Shown here: positions 48,912 through 51,166 of the stretch, piece by piece
How positions within the stretch are numbered: the stretch's first letter is position 1
Layout: each line of letters begins with the position of its first letter
Assembly: GCF_004010195.1 (NCBI RefSeq)
Contig: NC_057753.1
Location: 1-51,166, forward strand
Source of the DNA: Chiloscyllium plagiosum
Lineage: Eukaryota
Direction: 5' to 3'
DNA length: 51,166 bases
Program-made: the position numbers and the translations under genes
Notes under the pieces: generated by a model
Seen by the model: the letters and a program-made list of their open reading frames with translations, nothing else
The model's database searches: none
Told to the model about the DNA's origin: nothing

Positions 48912-49450
48912 TGTCGTCCCGTTTCCCCCCCTCTCAGTCAAAGCAAAATGCTCAGAGACACAGTATAGTTTTACCTCCTCCATCTTTATTCCGGGCCCTG
49001 GAGGGAGAGAGAACAATCGCCCATGTGCACAGGGACATGAGTTCACTGTCTTCTCTGGAACAGCAGTTTCTCAATGAACTATATAGTCATTTTACAGGAA
49101 AGACCATCCAGATAAGGCCACATACACATTAATTGGGTGACCGTTACAATCAATAAGTATCAATAATAACTATTAAGCCATCTGCTGTTACACAATGAAT
49201 AACTGGCTTCATACAATGAATACTTTTCACCTTGTTAAACTGATCCTTCATACTGAATGCTTCCAATATTGTTAAGTGGCTGTACATAATGAATGCTTTT
49301 CCACCTTGTTAACCCATTACCCTTGCCTCCAACACCCCATTGTTAACTGCATGTTCTTGTCTGATCTGAGTCATGCTCAGCTGAACCTCGTTTCAAAAAA
49401 CTCAGAACTTAACTCTTTCCCTGCCTACTTATACCCTATACACATTCTCA
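48912..49450 (-). mobile_element. Solo-LTR-like insertion splitting a CR1 fragment (48670-49835)
   Basis: TG...CA termini, ATAA/ATAG flanks, AATAAA on minus near 48990; CR1 ORF2 sequence on both sides. Confidence 0.55.
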
Positions 49451-49949
49451 ATAGGAGACTGAAAGGAGGGGGGGCCTTATCGAAGTATACAAGATCATGA
49501 GACACATGGATACGGTGAACACACACTTTTTTTCCCCAGGGTCAGGGAGTCAAGTACTTGTGGGCATCAGTTTAAGGTTAGAGGGGAAAGAATAAAAGGG
49601 AACCTGAGAGGTAACTTTTTTTTTTACACAAAATGGTAAGTGTATGAAATAAGCTGCAAGCAGAAGTGGTTGATAATAACATTTAAAAGGCATTTGGACA
49701 AAAACATGGAGAGGAAAGGTTTAGAAGGATATGGGCCAAGTGCAGGGAAATGGCGTTGTTGATGACAGACATTTTGGTCAGCATGGACCAGTTTGGGCCA
49801 AAGGGCCTGTCTCCGTGCTATAGGACTCTATGACTCGCGTCTCTTTGTCACTCTGACAGTTTTAAGTTTCCAGGTGAGCGTCTCACTAAATCACTCTGAA
49901 TAAAATCTAAACTCATTCATCAACTCTAATACAGAGCTGTTGGTGTTGG

Positions 49950-50135
49950 ATCGGGATGGACAAGGTTAGAAGTCACAGGGCACCAAATTGGACTCCAGCA
50001 GGTTGATTTGAACTCTCAAGCTTTCGGAGCACTGCTCCTTCTTCAGCTGAAGTGATGAAGCAGCAATGCTGTTGAAGCTGGGATTTCAAATAAACCGGTT
50101 GGACTGGAACCTGGTGTCATGTGAATTCTGACGTC
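49950..50135. mobile_element. Inverted pair of PLE terminal repeats
   Basis: Minus CUGAAGA-A-GGAGC-AGU-GCUCC-GAAAGCUU (about 50018-50046) abutting a decayed plus copy (TGATGAAGCAGC...TTTCAAATAAACCGGTTGGACT). Confidence 0.6.
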
Positions 50136-50305
50136 TTCAACTGTGGGTTCATGTCGAACTTGATGGGATACTTTGTCCAACTCAGCATATTTAAACAGTA
50201 TCACTTGGAGGGATTCGTTTGAAATCTTTCAGGAGGTGAGCTCAACAAGATCAAACTGTTCAAAGTTACTTGGACTCTATTTTAAAACTTACATCAGGAC
50301 CGGTA

Positions 50306-50897
50306 GTCATAGAGATGTACAGCACCGAAACAGGCCCTTCGGTCCAACGCATCCATGCTGACCAGATATCCTAAATTAATCTAGTCCCTCTGAACCCTTC
50401 CTATTCCTGACCACATCCAGATGCCTAACATTATGGGCAATTTAGTGTGGCCAATTCACTTAACCTGCACACAGTCACAGAGATGTATAGCATGCCGACC
50501 AGACATCCCAACCCAATCTAGTCCCACCTGCCAGCACCCAGCCTATATCCCTCCAAACCCTTCCTATTCATATACCCATCCAAATATCTCTTAAATGTTG
50601 CAATTGTACCAGCCTCCACCACTTCCTCTGGCAGCTCATTCCACACATGGACCACACTCTGTGAAAACAATGCCTCTGAGGTTCATTTCAAAACTTTCCC
50701 CTCTCACCCTTAACGTATGCTTTCGAGTTCTAGACTCACCCTCCTCTAGGGAAAAGACCTTGTCGATTTACCATATCCATGCCCCTCATAATTTCATAAG
50801 CATTCACAAGGTCACCCCTCAGCTTCTGACGCTCCAGGGAAAACAGCCCCAGCCTAGTCAGCCTCTCCCTGCAGTTCAAACCCTCCAAGCCCCAGCA
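50306..50897 (-). mobile_element. CR1 3' fragments
   Basis: Same 3' UTR as the other CR1 copies. Confidence 0.8.
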
Positions 50898-50899
50898 AT

Positions 50900-51166
50900 G
50901 GCTGGAAAATGGGAAACCTTCAGAAATGAGATAACAAGAATCCAGAGAAAGTATATTCCTGTCAGGGTGAAAGGGAAGGCGGGTAACTACAAGGAATGCT
51001 GGATGACTAAAGAAATTGAGAGTTTGGTTAAGAAAAAGAAGGAAGCATATGTCAGGTACAGACAGGATAGATCGAGTGAATCCTTAGAAGTGTATAAAGA
51101 AAGTAGGAGTATACTTAAGAGGGAAATCAGGAGGGCAAAACGGGGACATGAGATAGCTTTGGCAAA
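50900..51166 (+). mobile_element. CR1 ORF2 internal fragment, open to window end
   Basis: KWETFRNEITRIQRKYIPVRVKGK...WMTKEIESLVKKKKEAY...LKREIRRAKRGHEIALA. Confidence 0.85.

Overview
Repeat-rich eukaryotic genomic DNA, inferred to be from a cartilaginous fish (shark) because of its HE1/V-SINE-like SINEs, CR1-type LINE tails and an 'MEKxWKCGDCGKGF' C2H2 gene. The window is a turning-over C2H2 zinc-finger (ZNF) cluster. It holds one long open ZNF CDS (5916-7181, minus, 14 repeats) with a non-coding first exon, a paralogous promoter and intron whose coding exon position falls at an N-gap, two finger relics, and one copy that has lost its whole finger array. A decayed tRNA cluster lies at 13.2-17.9 kb (Lys, Asn, Trp, iMet, and a Pro-TGG copy with an insertion at the canonical intron site). 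Two inverted, complementary fragments of cyhr1/ZFTRAF1 exon 1 sit at 37.7 and 47.0 kb. Penelope-like element (PLE) fragments are scattered throughout, and their terminal repeats carry minimal type-I hammerhead ribozyme motifs from several sequence families with covarying stems. The rest is CR1, L1-clade and Rex1-like LINEs, SINEs, solo LTRs and a Tigger-like MITE. N-gaps are at 24570-24948 and 43970-44820. All calls are by eye, repeat boundaries are approximate, and no database search was run.
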